Part shown: positions 54,514 through 64,000 of the stretch, piece after piece
Layout: the number at the start of each line of letters is the position of its first letter
Numbering within the stretch: position 1 is the stretch's first letter
IMG/VR virus record: IMGVR_UViG_3300021960_000030
Location: 47,865-111,864 of that record
Origin: a virus
Strand: one strand, 5' to 3'
Length of the DNA: 64,000 bases
Made by a program: the position numbers and the translations under genes
The notes under the pieces: model-generated
What the model saw: only the letters and a program-made list of their open reading frames with translations
What the model was told of the DNA's origin: nothing
Database searches by the model: none

Positions 54514-54929
54514 TCAATAGATGGAAATGCTTCTTTGATTACAGCAAGTGTAATCCTGTACTTTTTATGCAGACGATGGTTGAACACATCAACCAGCAGT
54601 TCTGCTTCATCTTCATGCAGACCTTCAAGCATCTGAATGAACATGGATTCGATCTTGAGAGTAGGAACGTTATCTGCACCACCCTTCACAAAGTAGTACA
54701 ACTTCTTACCTTCATGCTCAAGTATCGTGTGCTCTGTACCCTTGGGTGCTTCGTTCTTACGATAGGGAACTTCACCTTCAGGGATACGAGTCTGCACAGA
54801 CTCATCAAAGTTAATGATGAACAGAGACCTCAAGACCTGAGAGTTGTACTGCTGCAGCAGTTCAATCTTCTTCGCCTTGGTCTTTGCTCCGTGGACCTTC
54901 TGAATAACTTCAGACAACATCAGTTTCAT
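54495..54929 (-). CDS. Conserved T4-like hypothetical protein
   Basis: PEGEVPY..ESMFIQMLEGLH..EA. Confidence 0.8.
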   Translation of the reverse strand: MKLMLSEVIQKVHGAKTKAKKIELLQQYNSQVLRSLFIINFDESVQTRIPEGEVPYRKNEAPKGTEHTILEHEGKKLYYFVKGGADNVPTLKIESMFIQMLEGLHEDEAELLVDVFNHRLHKKYRITLAVIKEAFPSIEWGNRG

Positions 54930-54930
54930 T

Positions 54931-55809
54931 TCAAAACTCCGTGATATGGTTCATGAGTTCGTCCAGTTTGTTCTGGGCGAAATAAGTAAACATAGAACCA
55001 CGCGAGGGTGGTTGTGTAGTTTCAAACGTATTTAGCACATCCTCTTCAACCTCTTTTGGGATGCAGTCGAAGTTGATAAGCACTCGATTCCTTTCATAGT
55101 TCTTTGCAGTTTCAGGAGAACAGAAGTCCTCAGGTGAAAGAAGAGACCAGGATTGAATCTTACCCTTGCCAAGAGGACGCTGACGCTTCCCACTTACAAA
55201 GGTGTCATCATCAGATAGGAAGTTAGGAATACCATCAGAACGATCACCCTTGAGAATGTGCTCAGCAACAAACTGTTGGGGATCTTCTGAGATTACGAAC
55301 TTCTTCTGGATGGGGTTGTACTGACTAACAAACTTATACTTCTGCAGTTGCATGAAGTCTTTGTCCCCACTAAGGATCAACACCTTCTGGGGAGGTTGCA
55401 TGTTGTTCATCAGTCGGATGTTTCGATGTGCCTGATCCTTACACAGGATTGCAATGACATCATCTGCTTCAGCACCACTAACCTCTACAACTTTGTAGGG
55501 CATGTGTGTACGAATCTCATCCTTAATGCGATTGATCTGGTCAAAGATGGCAGTCCAGTCTAAGGCAGAACGCTCACGATCTTTCTTACGATTAGACTTG
55601 TAGTATTGGAAATACTTGCGCCGCCAATAGGTCTTACTGTCGTAGCAAAGAACCAACTCCCCGTACTCTTTGCCGAACTTGGATCGGTAGAGTCGCAGGG
55701 AGTTGAGAACCATGTGACGGATGAGACCGTCACTCACACGGCTAACCGTGCTTGTCAGAGAAACCATCAGGTTGCTGATGCAAACCTGATTCATGTCAAC
55801 AAGGATCAT
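54931..55809 (-). CDS. rnh: RNase H / 5'-3' flap exonuclease
   Basis: MILVDMNQ, YWRR..YK.NR, EADD, SGDKDF.QL, GDRSDGIPN. Confidence 0.95.
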   Translation of the reverse strand: MILVDMNQVCISNLMVSLTSTVSRVSDGLIRHMVLNSLRLYRSKFGKEYGELVLCYDSKTYWRRKYFQYYKSNRKKDRERSALDWTAIFDQINRIKDEIRTHMPYKVVEVSGAEADDVIAILCKDQAHRNIRLMNNMQPPQKVLILSGDKDFMQLQKYKFVSQYNPIQKKFVISEDPQQFVAEHILKGDRSDGIPNFLSDDDTFVSGKRQRPLGKGKIQSWSLLSPEDFCSPETAKNYERNRVLINFDCIPKEVEEDVLNTFETTQPPSRGSMFTYFAQNKLDELMNHITEF

Positions 55810-55815
55810 CAGACC

Positions 55816-56055
55816 TCAATCATCTTCATCATCCATCATATCATCCTCGTCACCGAAATGCAAGTAGAGAAGGTCAGATGGGTCAACGGGTTCACCATCT
55901 TGATACATTTCGGGGTGCATCACGACTGCTGCGTACTCAGCACGCTCCTTCCATTCATCCCAGGTCTTGCGAAGATTCCAAGACGCAAGGAATCCTAAGA
56001 GGAAGGATCCAATCGTGAGGAAAAAGGCAATGTACAAAAACGATGCATCTGCCAT
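55816..56055 (-). CDS. Small membrane protein (DUF2973-like)
   Basis: Transmembrane segment plus HPEMYQDG. Confidence 0.65.
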   Translation of the reverse strand: MADASFLYIAFFLTIGSFLLGFLASWNLRKTWDEWKERAEYAAVVMHPEMYQDGEPVDPSDLLYLHFGDEDDMMDDEDD

Positions 56056-56085
56056 GTGGCATACCTCCGATTGTTCCTATATGTA

Positions 56086-56442
56086 TTATTTAGGACGATT
56101 TCGTGAACCTTTCTTTCGTCCTGGTTTGCGTTCTGCATGGTATCTCCATGCATCATCAAGGATTTTATAGCAGTAGTCTCGGATCTTCCGTGCTTTTGGT
56201 TTGGGAAGATATCCATATGCTTCCTTGAGTGTCTTGTCTTTTCCCTTAATATACTCATCAAGTTCTAAGACTAGATTGTTAATCTGTGCCGCTGAATGAG
56301 ACTCAATGAACTCGTTGGTCTCCCGACGGGTCCACTTGTTCTGCTTCAGGTAGGTGTACATATTGAAAAGAAAACGACCATTGATTGTCGCCTCGTCAAT
56401 GGCGCGATCAATGATCGTATAGAGTTCTTGAGTGTCAGTCAT
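56086..56442 (-). CDS. Cyanophage hypothetical protein
   Basis: LKEAYGYLPKPKARKI. Confidence 0.75.
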   Translation of the reverse strand: MTDTQELYTIIDRAIDEATINGRFLFNMYTYLKQNKWTRRETNEFIESHSAAQINNLVLELDEYIKGKDKTLKEAYGYLPKPKARKIRDYCYKILDDAWRYHAERKPGRKKGSRNRPK

Positions 56443-56693
56443 TAAAGGAACTTGTTCTCACGTAAGTATTTTACAGTATCGGTGCAACCCCCCATACGTC
56501 TTCCGTTAAGAATGACTTGAGGGAACGTGGCACCAGGACCAAACTGTTTAGTGAACTGGTCACGAGTAAACTGTTCGTTCAGTTTATACTCTGTGAACGC
56601 CCAGCCCTTACTTCTAAACACTTCTACAATCTTACTGCAGTAGGGACACCCAGCACGGGAATAGATCAACGCGGATCCAGGATTAGCACTCAT
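56442..56693 (-). CDS. nrdC: Glutaredoxin
   Basis: CPYC, TFPQV, GGCTD. Confidence 0.92.
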   Translation of the reverse strand: MSANPGSALIYSRAGCPYCSKIVEVFRSKGWAFTEYKLNEQFTRDQFTKQFGPGATFPQVILNGRRMGGCTDTVKYLRENKFL

Positions 56694-56721
56694 AGTAAAG
56701 CATCAACTCAGTCTATTTATT

Positions 56722-56744
56722 AAAAAGGGGACCCGAAGGTCCCC
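56722..56744 (-). terminator. UUCG-tetraloop terminator
   Basis: GGGGACC-TTCG-GGTCCCC-TTTTT. Confidence 0.9.
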
Positions 56745-56772
56745 AACATATTACATGCTACTCAGCAGCAAA

Positions 56773-57144
56773 TCAGAAGGAATACTTCAGACCTGCTTTG
56801 GTGCCGTAGGAACGGTCAACACCAGCGATGCCGCTGCCCACGAAGGACACCTCAGCATAAGCACCCAGGCTGTCGGTCAGACCAACGCCCAGACCTGCCT
56901 TACCAGAAGGCACGGTGTCAGCAGAACCAGCGTCGGGCAGTTTGACGGTAGCGCCACCTTGGACGTAGTACGAAGCGTTCTCACCCAGAGCGCCTTCGTA
57001 ACCAACGTGGGTGTCAACAGCAGTACCACCGTAGTTGGAACCAGTCCAACCAGAGTTTGCTTCGACGTTCACGTAGGGACCTGCCATTGCAGCGCCAGCG
57101 AAAAGGGGAGCAGCAGCCAGTGCTGCGAATGCGGATTTGATCAT
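56773..57144 (-). CDS. Small outer-membrane beta-barrel protein
   Basis: Signal peptide, AGPYVNVEAN, amphipathic strands, C-terminal GLKYSF. Confidence 0.8.
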   Translation of the reverse strand: MIKSAFAALAAAPLFAGAAMAGPYVNVEANSGWTGSNYGGTAVDTHVGYEGALGENASYYVQGGATVKLPDAGSADTVPSGKAGLGVGLTDSLGAYAEVSFVGSGIAGVDRSYGTKAGLKYSF

Positions 57145-57231
57145 TGATTTTTACCTCGTTAGATTTACTTGTGGAATGGTTACCCACAGATGTAGGGTCG
57201 GATTCGACTTCCCGACCGCTTGTCTATTATA
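57145..57231 (-). promoter_or_regulatory. -10 box and structured 5' leader
   Basis: TATAAT, then hairpins GGTCGG/CCGACC and TGTGG/CCACA, then SD GAGG. Confidence 0.6.
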
Positions 57232-57312
57232 CAGTAGAACCGATCCGAGTAGTTGAGGGATCACTTTCTGTTGTAAAACGTAACAATGGGTGTTACGCCC
57301 GTATTTATACTA

Positions 57313-57486
57313 CTAAATGGAGTATGTTTTCGTCAAGTGTGCCAGTTGGGTGTTGGTTTCCTGACGTGGGGGATTGGGACGATGGAGTTGGTTATCATGC
57401 AACTTCCTTACTGCTGCTGCAACCTCGGGGGTTTCGTCCCATTCCCAAGTGTTGCCGTTCTTGTCAACGTGTGTTCTCTTCGCCAT
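57313..57486 (-). CDS. Hypothetical protein
   Basis: MAKRTHVDKNGNTWEWDETPE. Confidence 0.6.
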   Translation of the reverse strand: MAKRTHVDKNGNTWEWDETPEVAAAVRKLHDNQLHRPNPPRQETNTQLAHLTKTYSI

Positions 57487-57562
57487 AAGTCTCCGAGTAT
57501 GCGTAAGGGTAGATCTCGTCAAGGTTGGGACTCATTGGTTGACTCCTTTTGACGATGCCCAT

Positions 57563-57622
57563 ATTCTATCACAATACGGTGAGAGATGTGAGTGCGATCT
57601 GTGACAGTGTGGTGACTGACCC
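57563..57622 (-). promoter_or_regulatory. Early-type promoter (variant)
   Basis: GGGTCAGTCACCACACTGTCAC ... TAGAAT. Confidence 0.5.
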
Positions 57623-57676
57623 TTCCGCCTAGGTCTTCAGCAATCCGATGGATCCTGAACCAGGGGATGTCAAACC

Positions 57677-58003
57677 TCATTTCCTTTTCCTCAAAGCATC
57701 CAGCAACATCTGCTTATCTTCTTCGGACAGTGCTTCCTGATCGTCGTCGGGTTTGTCCTCAGCGACAACAGGTTCCGTCACTGGTTCAAAGTGATAGTCC
57801 TCTGCTGTCATGGGTTGGATCGAGATCCTTTCCAGTTCACCCAGAGGAGAACGCCAATACTTCTTGAGTTGCTTCAACATCTTCTTACGACCCTTGTGGT
57901 CGTTGGGGTACTTCTTTAGCACCTCTCGGATCTGTTTCAACTCTTTCATAGACTGAGAGAGGCGACGATCTGCCGCCCTCTCTCTACCAAAACCATTACT
58001 CAT
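57677..58003 (-). CDS. Hypothetical protein
   Basis: 108 aa, TAATG coupling. Confidence 0.7.
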   Translation of the reverse strand: MSNGFGRERAADRRLSQSMKELKQIREVLKKYPNDHKGRKKMLKQLKKYWRSPLGELERISIQPMTAEDYHFEPVTEPVVAEDKPDDDQEALSEEDKQMLLDALRKRK

Positions 58004-61000
58004 TAGAAGAATCCATTAAAATCATCGGGGATTTCTGCAACATCGGCTGAACCTGTAGCAGGATCAGTCTGACCTACTTTAACACGGAACTTGATTCTGT
58101 GATCGTCTTTGTTACTACACCAATACCAAACTTTAGAGTCCTTGTTGTGAGACTCCTGGTATATAGCCTCGTATGGAGTACGCTTCGGAATGGTGGTGCG
58201 ATCAATCCTTTTAGCATAATCGTCCGCGTAGTAGGACTTAGGACGTTTGATGTCCACGACCCCTTCCACTCTGGTGTGATACTTCCATTGCTGAGGAAGA
58301 ACAAATCCTGCTTCTTGATCAGGATAGAACGGTGCCTCAGCAGGGTTCTCAGTTGCTGCGTCTCTCTTCGGAGGATAGTGGAAGATAAACTCATCACCCG
58401 TACGATATCCACTGCCAGGATCAATGATCCTTACAACTTCCATCCAGACTGCCATCTTAGTTTGTTGACGGTCTCTGAATGCTTTTGCAGAAACGTTACC
58501 TGAGAGTGTGGTGACCTCTCCATTGAGGAAGGTACCAGACTCAGAACCAACATACTGTCTGCTGCTAGCAGAGTCGTTCATTGGAACAGGAATAAACATA
58601 ACACGAATCTTTGCATCACCCAGAGGATGACGTTCATCTCTCAAGTAATAGTCATGGAACCATGCATCTGGGTGCCAGTTTTTATATTGATTGGGGTTCG
58701 ATTCCACGTTCAACATACCACACTGCTCAACAGCAGAGTACAACTGACTGACGCTGGCACTACCAGACTGCTGACCAGGATCAATACCATCCTCAGCAGT
58801 CACTAGGTTGGGATGGTCTGCCCACCAACCAAAGAGACCACGGTCGAAATATCTGTACTCACCGAAGAAAGGCATCGGCAAACACTCAACCCTAGACACG
58901 GGCCAACTTGGGAATGACAATCTCTTTTCTTGAGCGGTTCCTCTGTGTGGTCCATACTGTCCATCGGAGACGAGGAACTGACCGAAACCAAATACAAACT
59001 TGGCACCCTTGCTACCGAATCCAATGTTGTCTTCGTTACCGTAGAACCATGTGTCATCGTTTGCAGCATCATCATAGTCTGGTTCGGTGATCCAGATACC
59101 ACCGTAGCGAACGTCTCCACGGGTGACAATGCGATCGTCTGCGTAGAACATAGCGTAGAGCGAGTCCTCGCCCCTTGAACCCGCTTCTGGACCCTTCGTA
59201 GAGACCGCTACAACGGTCCTACGAGACCCGTTCTCCCACACCTTAGGACAGGAGTACCCCTTGGTGTCGCTGTTGCCCCTTCCAGGGTGCCCAGACCTGC
59301 CTGAGAAGTGTGACCAGACGCGATCGTCATCCTTTCTCTGAGTGTACTGACAGTCCATACGGAGACCTTCAACACTACCACCAGAGGTATATCCAGAGTA
59401 GATGTTGGTAAGGTTTGGTTCCATGTCACTGCTGCTGCCCAGAGAGACAGGCCAAATCGAATCGTATTTCAGATCCACAGGGTCAAACAGACCCAACTTG
59501 ACTTGGTTATTAGATACCAAGTTTGCATTGGTAATGTCTGAGATCTCAAAGGTCAGGGTGTCTCCAGGTGCAGCATCAAATGTAGTGAGAACTGTACCAA
59601 TCTCTGGCCAATACTTCATGGTGAAGTCTTCGCTGTAGATAGTCGATCCGTTTCTCTTGAGACGGATACCAAACTGCATACACTCTGCTTCAGAACTAGA
59701 GATCATAGATCCAAATGCCTGTAGTTGGTATCCAACCATGGCATCCTGCACATAGACATCCTGTGTCTTGTTTAGTTCCACCATGTATGCACCCGAACAG
59801 GGTCCACACTCATAGTCTGCACGTTGTTCTGACTTAGTTACAGATCCACAGTCAGCACGAATCAGGTGCACCTCACGGAAAGGTTCTTTCAATATCCTAC
59901 CATCGCAAGGGGTTCTTGTTTGAATAGGAATCTCTACCCTAGGTGGTGCATTATCTCTGAAAACATATGCAGCAATACCTTCATACATGTAACTACTGAG
60001 ACCATACTGTACCCAATAGAACATCTTAACGTCATCATAATCATCATCCCCATCGAGAAGATCTTCCCACCACTGGTAGTTGTCACCTTCCCAACGGGTC
60101 ATCTCTTTCCTATTTCGGTTGAGTCTACGATCAGAGAAGAATGTGATGTTGTCCTGATTACTATTCAGACTACATCTCCACCCGTTACCAGTGTCAGAGA
60201 ACGTGACTGCCTGTCCGTTGCTAGCACCAAAGTTGTTGCCATCTGGTACCAGGAAGAAACCTACGTTGCCACCAGCATACTGTCTGAGGACGTTGAGACG
60301 TACCTTATACTCACCGAAACCCACACTGTTGGTTGCATCAGCAAGGATCACACGACCCCACACGGGGTTGCCATTGGGGTCTGCGATGTAGACACCCCAA
60401 GAGTTTTGGTAACCAGCAGCACCCTTGTGCACATCGTACAGGATGATCATAGGCACCTTCAGGTTGCCAGGGATCTCATACAACTGTTTTCCCCCACGTC
60501 TGACCGCCTGCAGAGACACACCATCGACGTTGATATCACATCTATGGTCATGGTCAATGAGGTTACCAAATCCTTGATAGTAACGATGCAGAGCAGCAAG
60601 ACTTTCCTTATCCCCAATGTAGGGAATGCCATCCTTGGGATCCTTGAATGCCCACCCAAGAACTTTACCGTTGGCCATGCCAGCGAGATTCATCGTCGCC
60701 CGTTCACCAGCACCAGGGGAGTCTGGTTCACCAGGGTTCACCGTCAACATAGAGTCGATGGTTGTACTTGAGTAGAACTGATACAACGGTACCGATCCCC
60801 TCTGCTCCTCCTTGAGAATCCAGAAGGAAGGACTATTACTTGTCAGCGTATATCCTGCAGGAGGATTGGGTGTCACTCCAGGATCAGCAGTGATATATGC
60901 ATGATCAGTTCCCTGACCGCCACGAATGACTTCGATCTCTACCTCAACGTTCCTCTTACCACCAGCAAAAGACCCACTGTATGTGTCACCGATTGTTGGG

Positions 61001-61923
61001 TTAGAGGGAGCAGAAGAGATCCACCATTCGGAGTCCCACTCACCACCATCATTGATGGGAGTTACGTTTACTGTGAACCCATTGAAACTTACGCTTCGTG
61101 TGGCACCACTATTAAAATACTTGTTACCACCGTCTAGTCTTTTTTTCTTTCCGTTCCAGGTGCCAGAAGGTGTAGTTGTAACCACTCTCTTGTTGTGTCT
61201 CTCATTAGAGAAGGGTTTCAACTGTGGGATACCAATGTCACTGCCTCTGACACATTCCCACACAGGAATACGCTCAGGGTAGCAGTTCTTGACACAGATT
61301 GTCTTCTTATTTCCACTCCAACCTCTTGGTTGGAAAGACTCACAGTCACCTTGGGGTGGTTTATATGTGCCTGTAGCATATGGTTTGAAGATACACTCCA
61401 GTGTTTTCTTCACACACTTTTCCCAATCATTGTTGGGGTCATGCTGCTGACAGAAATACTCTTTGCCAGATTCAGAATCCAACCAACGTCCACCACCCAG
61501 AGAGATTGCTCTGTCTTGATCTCTGAGTTCTGCAACGGCACCACAGTCACCAGTGACATCGATGTAGGGCCAGTTTGCTTGACGTGGATCGAATGCATTG
61601 AGATCTAACTTGGGGAATGCATTACCGCATATACCCAGGTCAGGGAAAAAATCACAGACCCATTTAATCTGATCTTCAATGTTCAGATTAACTTGGTTGT
61701 CTGGTTCTTCTCTTGGTTCATACAAATCACCAAGAGAGATCGGTGCCTGCGTAGGATAGCAACGCCCGATCAACTCTTGGATAACTTGATTAACCGTAAG
61801 TTCTTCAACTGGTGGATCAGGTTCAGACTTTGGCGTCGCCAAAGAACCATCATCACCAGTTGGTTGCAACTCTAGATTATCGTCTTCACCGTAACAATGC
61901 GGTCCACTACCACTATTGGTCAT
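58003..61923 (-). CDS. Large multidomain (probably virion) protein with DUF5648-like and DUF4114-like domains
   Basis: VPLYQFYS, ALHRYY repeats; AGYQNSWGVY..VGFFLVPDG..WEDLLDGDDDYDDV. Confidence 0.7.
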   Translation of the reverse strand: MTNSGSGPHCYGEDDNLELQPTGDDGSLATPKSEPDPPVEELTVNQVIQELIGRCYPTQAPISLGDLYEPREEPDNQVNLNIEDQIKWVCDFFPDLGICGNAFPKLDLNAFDPRQANWPYIDVTGDCGAVAELRDQDRAISLGGGRWLDSESGKEYFCQQHDPNNDWEKCVKKTLECIFKPYATGTYKPPQGDCESFQPRGWSGNKKTICVKNCYPERIPVWECVRGSDIGIPQLKPFSNERHNKRVVTTTPSGTWNGKKKRLDGGNKYFNSGATRSVSFNGFTVNVTPINDGGEWDSEWWISSAPSNPTIGDTYSGSFAGGKRNVEVEIEVIRGGQGTDHAYITADPGVTPNPPAGYTLTSNSPSFWILKEEQRGSVPLYQFYSSTTIDSMLTVNPGEPDSPGAGERATMNLAGMANGKVLGWAFKDPKDGIPYIGDKESLAALHRYYQGFGNLIDHDHRCDINVDGVSLQAVRRGGKQLYEIPGNLKVPMIILYDVHKGAAGYQNSWGVYIADPNGNPVWGRVILADATNSVGFGEYKVRLNVLRQYAGGNVGFFLVPDGNNFGASNGQAVTFSDTGNGWRCSLNSNQDNITFFSDRRLNRNRKEMTRWEGDNYQWWEDLLDGDDDYDDVKMFYWVQYGLSSYMYEGIAAYVFRDNAPPRVEIPIQTRTPCDGRILKEPFREVHLIRADCGSVTKSEQRADYECGPCSGAYMVELNKTQDVYVQDAMVGYQLQAFGSMISSSEAECMQFGIRLKRNGSTIYSEDFTMKYWPEIGTVLTTFDAAPGDTLTFEISDITNANLVSNNQVKLGLFDPVDLKYDSIWPVSLGSSSDMEPNLTNIYSGYTSGGSVEGLRMDCQYTQRKDDDRVWSHFSGRSGHPGRGNSDTKGYSCPKVWENGSRRTVVAVSTKGPEAGSRGEDSLYAMFYADDRIVTRGDVRYGGIWITEPDYDDAANDDTWFYGNEDNIGFGSKGAKFVFGFGQFLVSDGQYGPHRGTAQEKRLSFPSWPVSRVECLPMPFFGEYRYFDRGLFGWWADHPNLVTAEDGIDPGQQSGSASVSQLYSAVEQCGMLNVESNPNQYKNWHPDAWFHDYYLRDERHPLGDAKIRVMFIPVPMNDSASSRQYVGSESGTFLNGEVTTLSGNVSAKAFRDRQQTKMAVWMEVVRIIDPGSGYRTGDEFIFHYPPKRDAATENPAEAPFYPDQEAGFVLPQQWKYHTRVEGVVDIKRPKSYYADDYAKRIDRTTIPKRTPYEAIYQESHNKDSKVWYWCSNKDDHRIKFRVKVGQTDPATGSADVAEIPDDFNGFF

Positions 61924-62177
61924 TCATTTGATGTTGGTTCTTCCAAGTTATTTATTAGTGCTTGGGGATCATACGGGATGAGTTTGGAACCGAAATCATC
62001 AAATGCTTGATACCAGATTTCATTGGTAACTGTTCGGACAACTTCAGCACAAGGACCAGGAAGATTTTCCCAGTTACCGTTGCCTTTACCATACATCTCT
62101 TCACGAACATAGTTCAATGCATAGAGATAATCTACTGCACACGCCTCAAACTTTTTCCAGTCACGATCTTCAGTCAT
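61920..62177 (-). CDS. Hypothetical protein
   Basis: 85 aa. Confidence 0.6.
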   Translation of the reverse strand: MTEDRDWKKFEACAVDYLYALNYVREEMYGKGNGNWENLPGPCAEVVRTVTNEIWYQAFDDFGSKLIPYDPQALINNLEEPTSNE

Positions 62178-62395
62178 AAGGTCATTCCATCTTTGAGTTG
62201 TTCCTCGATCTCTTGTTCGAGTTGTTGGATTCTAAACTCAAGTAGAGTTTTTGTCAATCGGTTGACACCTGTTGCCATCTCCATGTATCCAGAATACACG
62301 AGAGATTGCCCAACGAATACCGTGGCAGTCATAGAACCCCAGAAGATGTAATACCAACGGGACTTGACTTGGTGCTGTTTGTTTTTCTTTTTCAT
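62174..62395 (-). CDS. Membrane hypothetical protein
   Basis: HQVKSRWYYIFWG. Confidence 0.65.
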   Translation of the reverse strand: MKKKNKQHQVKSRWYYIFWGSMTATVFVGQSLVYSGYMEMATGVNRLTKTLLEFRIQQLEQEIEEQLKDGMTL

Positions 62396-63054
62396 TTGAT
62401 GAATCCTTCTTCGCGTAACCATTGCTCAGTAAGTGGAGTTGGTTTATAGACCTCCCACATATTACCTGCGGCACACGCTTGCAGTGCTTTCATTGTCATA
62501 CCTTCAGTCCTACCTGCCCACATTGCTTCTGCTTCCCAGGGAACAGCAGATGCAGGATAAGACTTCTCTGTCATCTCACGCCAGAGTGCAGGGACATCTT
62601 CTTCTGGTTTGATGATAGCAATCATAGAGTTCTTGATGCTACCTGCCATGCAGTCTTGTGCTGCGTGCCATCCTTCATGACGCATAACACTCATGAGTGT
62701 GCTATAACGCTGGGTGAGTTCATCGTTTAGGTAGAAGTTGTTGGTCACAGTATGGTAGACACCACGATGGCCAGGAGGGAAGTATTTGCCAGGAGCAATG
62801 TACACCTTGACACCAATCTTATCGAGTGCTGCCATCATGTCATTGAACTCTGTGTAGAGGGGATTCAACATGCCTGCTTTCTTGTAGTATTTTGCTACAT
62901 CATCTGCAGACTTGATCTCTACTACGCCCTGAGTACATTCCTGTACGATCATACACCCCATGGAATCCATGGTGTAGTAACCCTTGATCTTCGATTCATT
63001 CGCACTCACTGGTGATGCAATCATCAAGGACAGTAATGCCAGTGCTCTCTTCAT
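62392..63054 (-). CDS. Secreted zincin-like (HExxH) protein
   Basis: Signal peptide; RHEGWHAAQDC ... WEAEA. Confidence 0.7.
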   Translation of the reverse strand: MKRALALLSLMIASPVSANESKIKGYYTMDSMGCMIVQECTQGVVEIKSADDVAKYYKKAGMLNPLYTEFNDMMAALDKIGVKVYIAPGKYFPPGHRGVYHTVTNNFYLNDELTQRYSTLMSVMRHEGWHAAQDCMAGSIKNSMIAIIKPEEDVPALWREMTEKSYPASAVPWEAEAMWAGRTEGMTMKALQACAAGNMWEVYKPTPLTEQWLREEGFIK

Positions 63055-63244
63055 GTAGTCTCCTGAGGTAGTCTTTTTCATTTTGATAGATTTTTTTGCT
63101 CCCAGACCATATCTCATACCCCTCTATAAGATCTGGTATCAACCACTGGTCAATCCTATAACAATACTTCCAGTTGGCGGGTTGAATGCAAGCCATTACA
63201 ACCACTTGGAAGAACGCTACAATATGTATCCAGAGACTGAGCAT
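62996..63244 (-). CDS. Hypothetical protein
   Basis: CIQPANWKYCYRIDQWLIP. Confidence 0.65.
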   Translation of the reverse strand: MLSLWIHIVAFFQVVVMACIQPANWKYCYRIDQWLIPDLIEGYEIWSGSKKIYQNEKDYLRRLHEESTGITVLDDCITSECE

Positions 63245-63245
63245 T

Positions 63246-63269
63246 AAAAAAGGGGGTCTTAGACCCCCT
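63246..63269 (-). terminator. psbA terminator
   Basis: AGGGGGTC-TAA-GACCCCCT-TTTTT. Confidence 0.85.
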
Positions 63270-63270
63270 C

Positions 63271-63299
63271 AGTATAGTTGTTTTTCTAATAAACGTCAA
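63271..63299 (-). promoter_or_regulatory. Sigma70-like promoter
   Basis: TTGACG-N17-TATACT. Confidence 0.65.
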
Positions 63300-63343
63300 G
63301 TATCAGGATTCCTGATAAAAAGCGTTTATCGAGATTCCGAGTA

Positions 63344-64000
<657 letters not shown>

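Overview
This is a 64-kb segment of a T4-like cyanomyovirus (Synechococcus/Prochlorococcus-type host, inferred from psbA, cp12, phycobilin lyases, phoH and T4-type gp2/4/5/26/32/33/48/51/53). Almost all genes are on the minus strand. The window contains: an early-gene region with repeated bipartite promoters (~2-12 kb); a cluster of 2OG-Fe(II) oxygenase, cupin and halogenase genes beside tail-fibre genes (12.4-29.6 kb); an HNH endonuclease; a tRNA cluster with atypical structured RNAs; a baseplate/tail module; replication and nucleotide-metabolism genes; and the 3' part of psbA. Main finding: a stand-alone, early-promoter-driven minimal EcoRI-family endonuclease (9526-10041) keeps the AATT-core-reading motif (GNAIER) but lacks the elements EcoRI uses for the outer base pair. 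It has no methyltransferase in the window, and by manual scan the tetramer AATT never occurs in the 64 kb (hundreds expected). This suggests a self/non-self nuclease system in which the phage is protected by purging the site. CCGG also appears to be absent, and a cluster of cyanobacterial-type DnaA boxes lies at 2.3-2.7 kb. All k-mer statements come from reading by eye and need computational confirmation.
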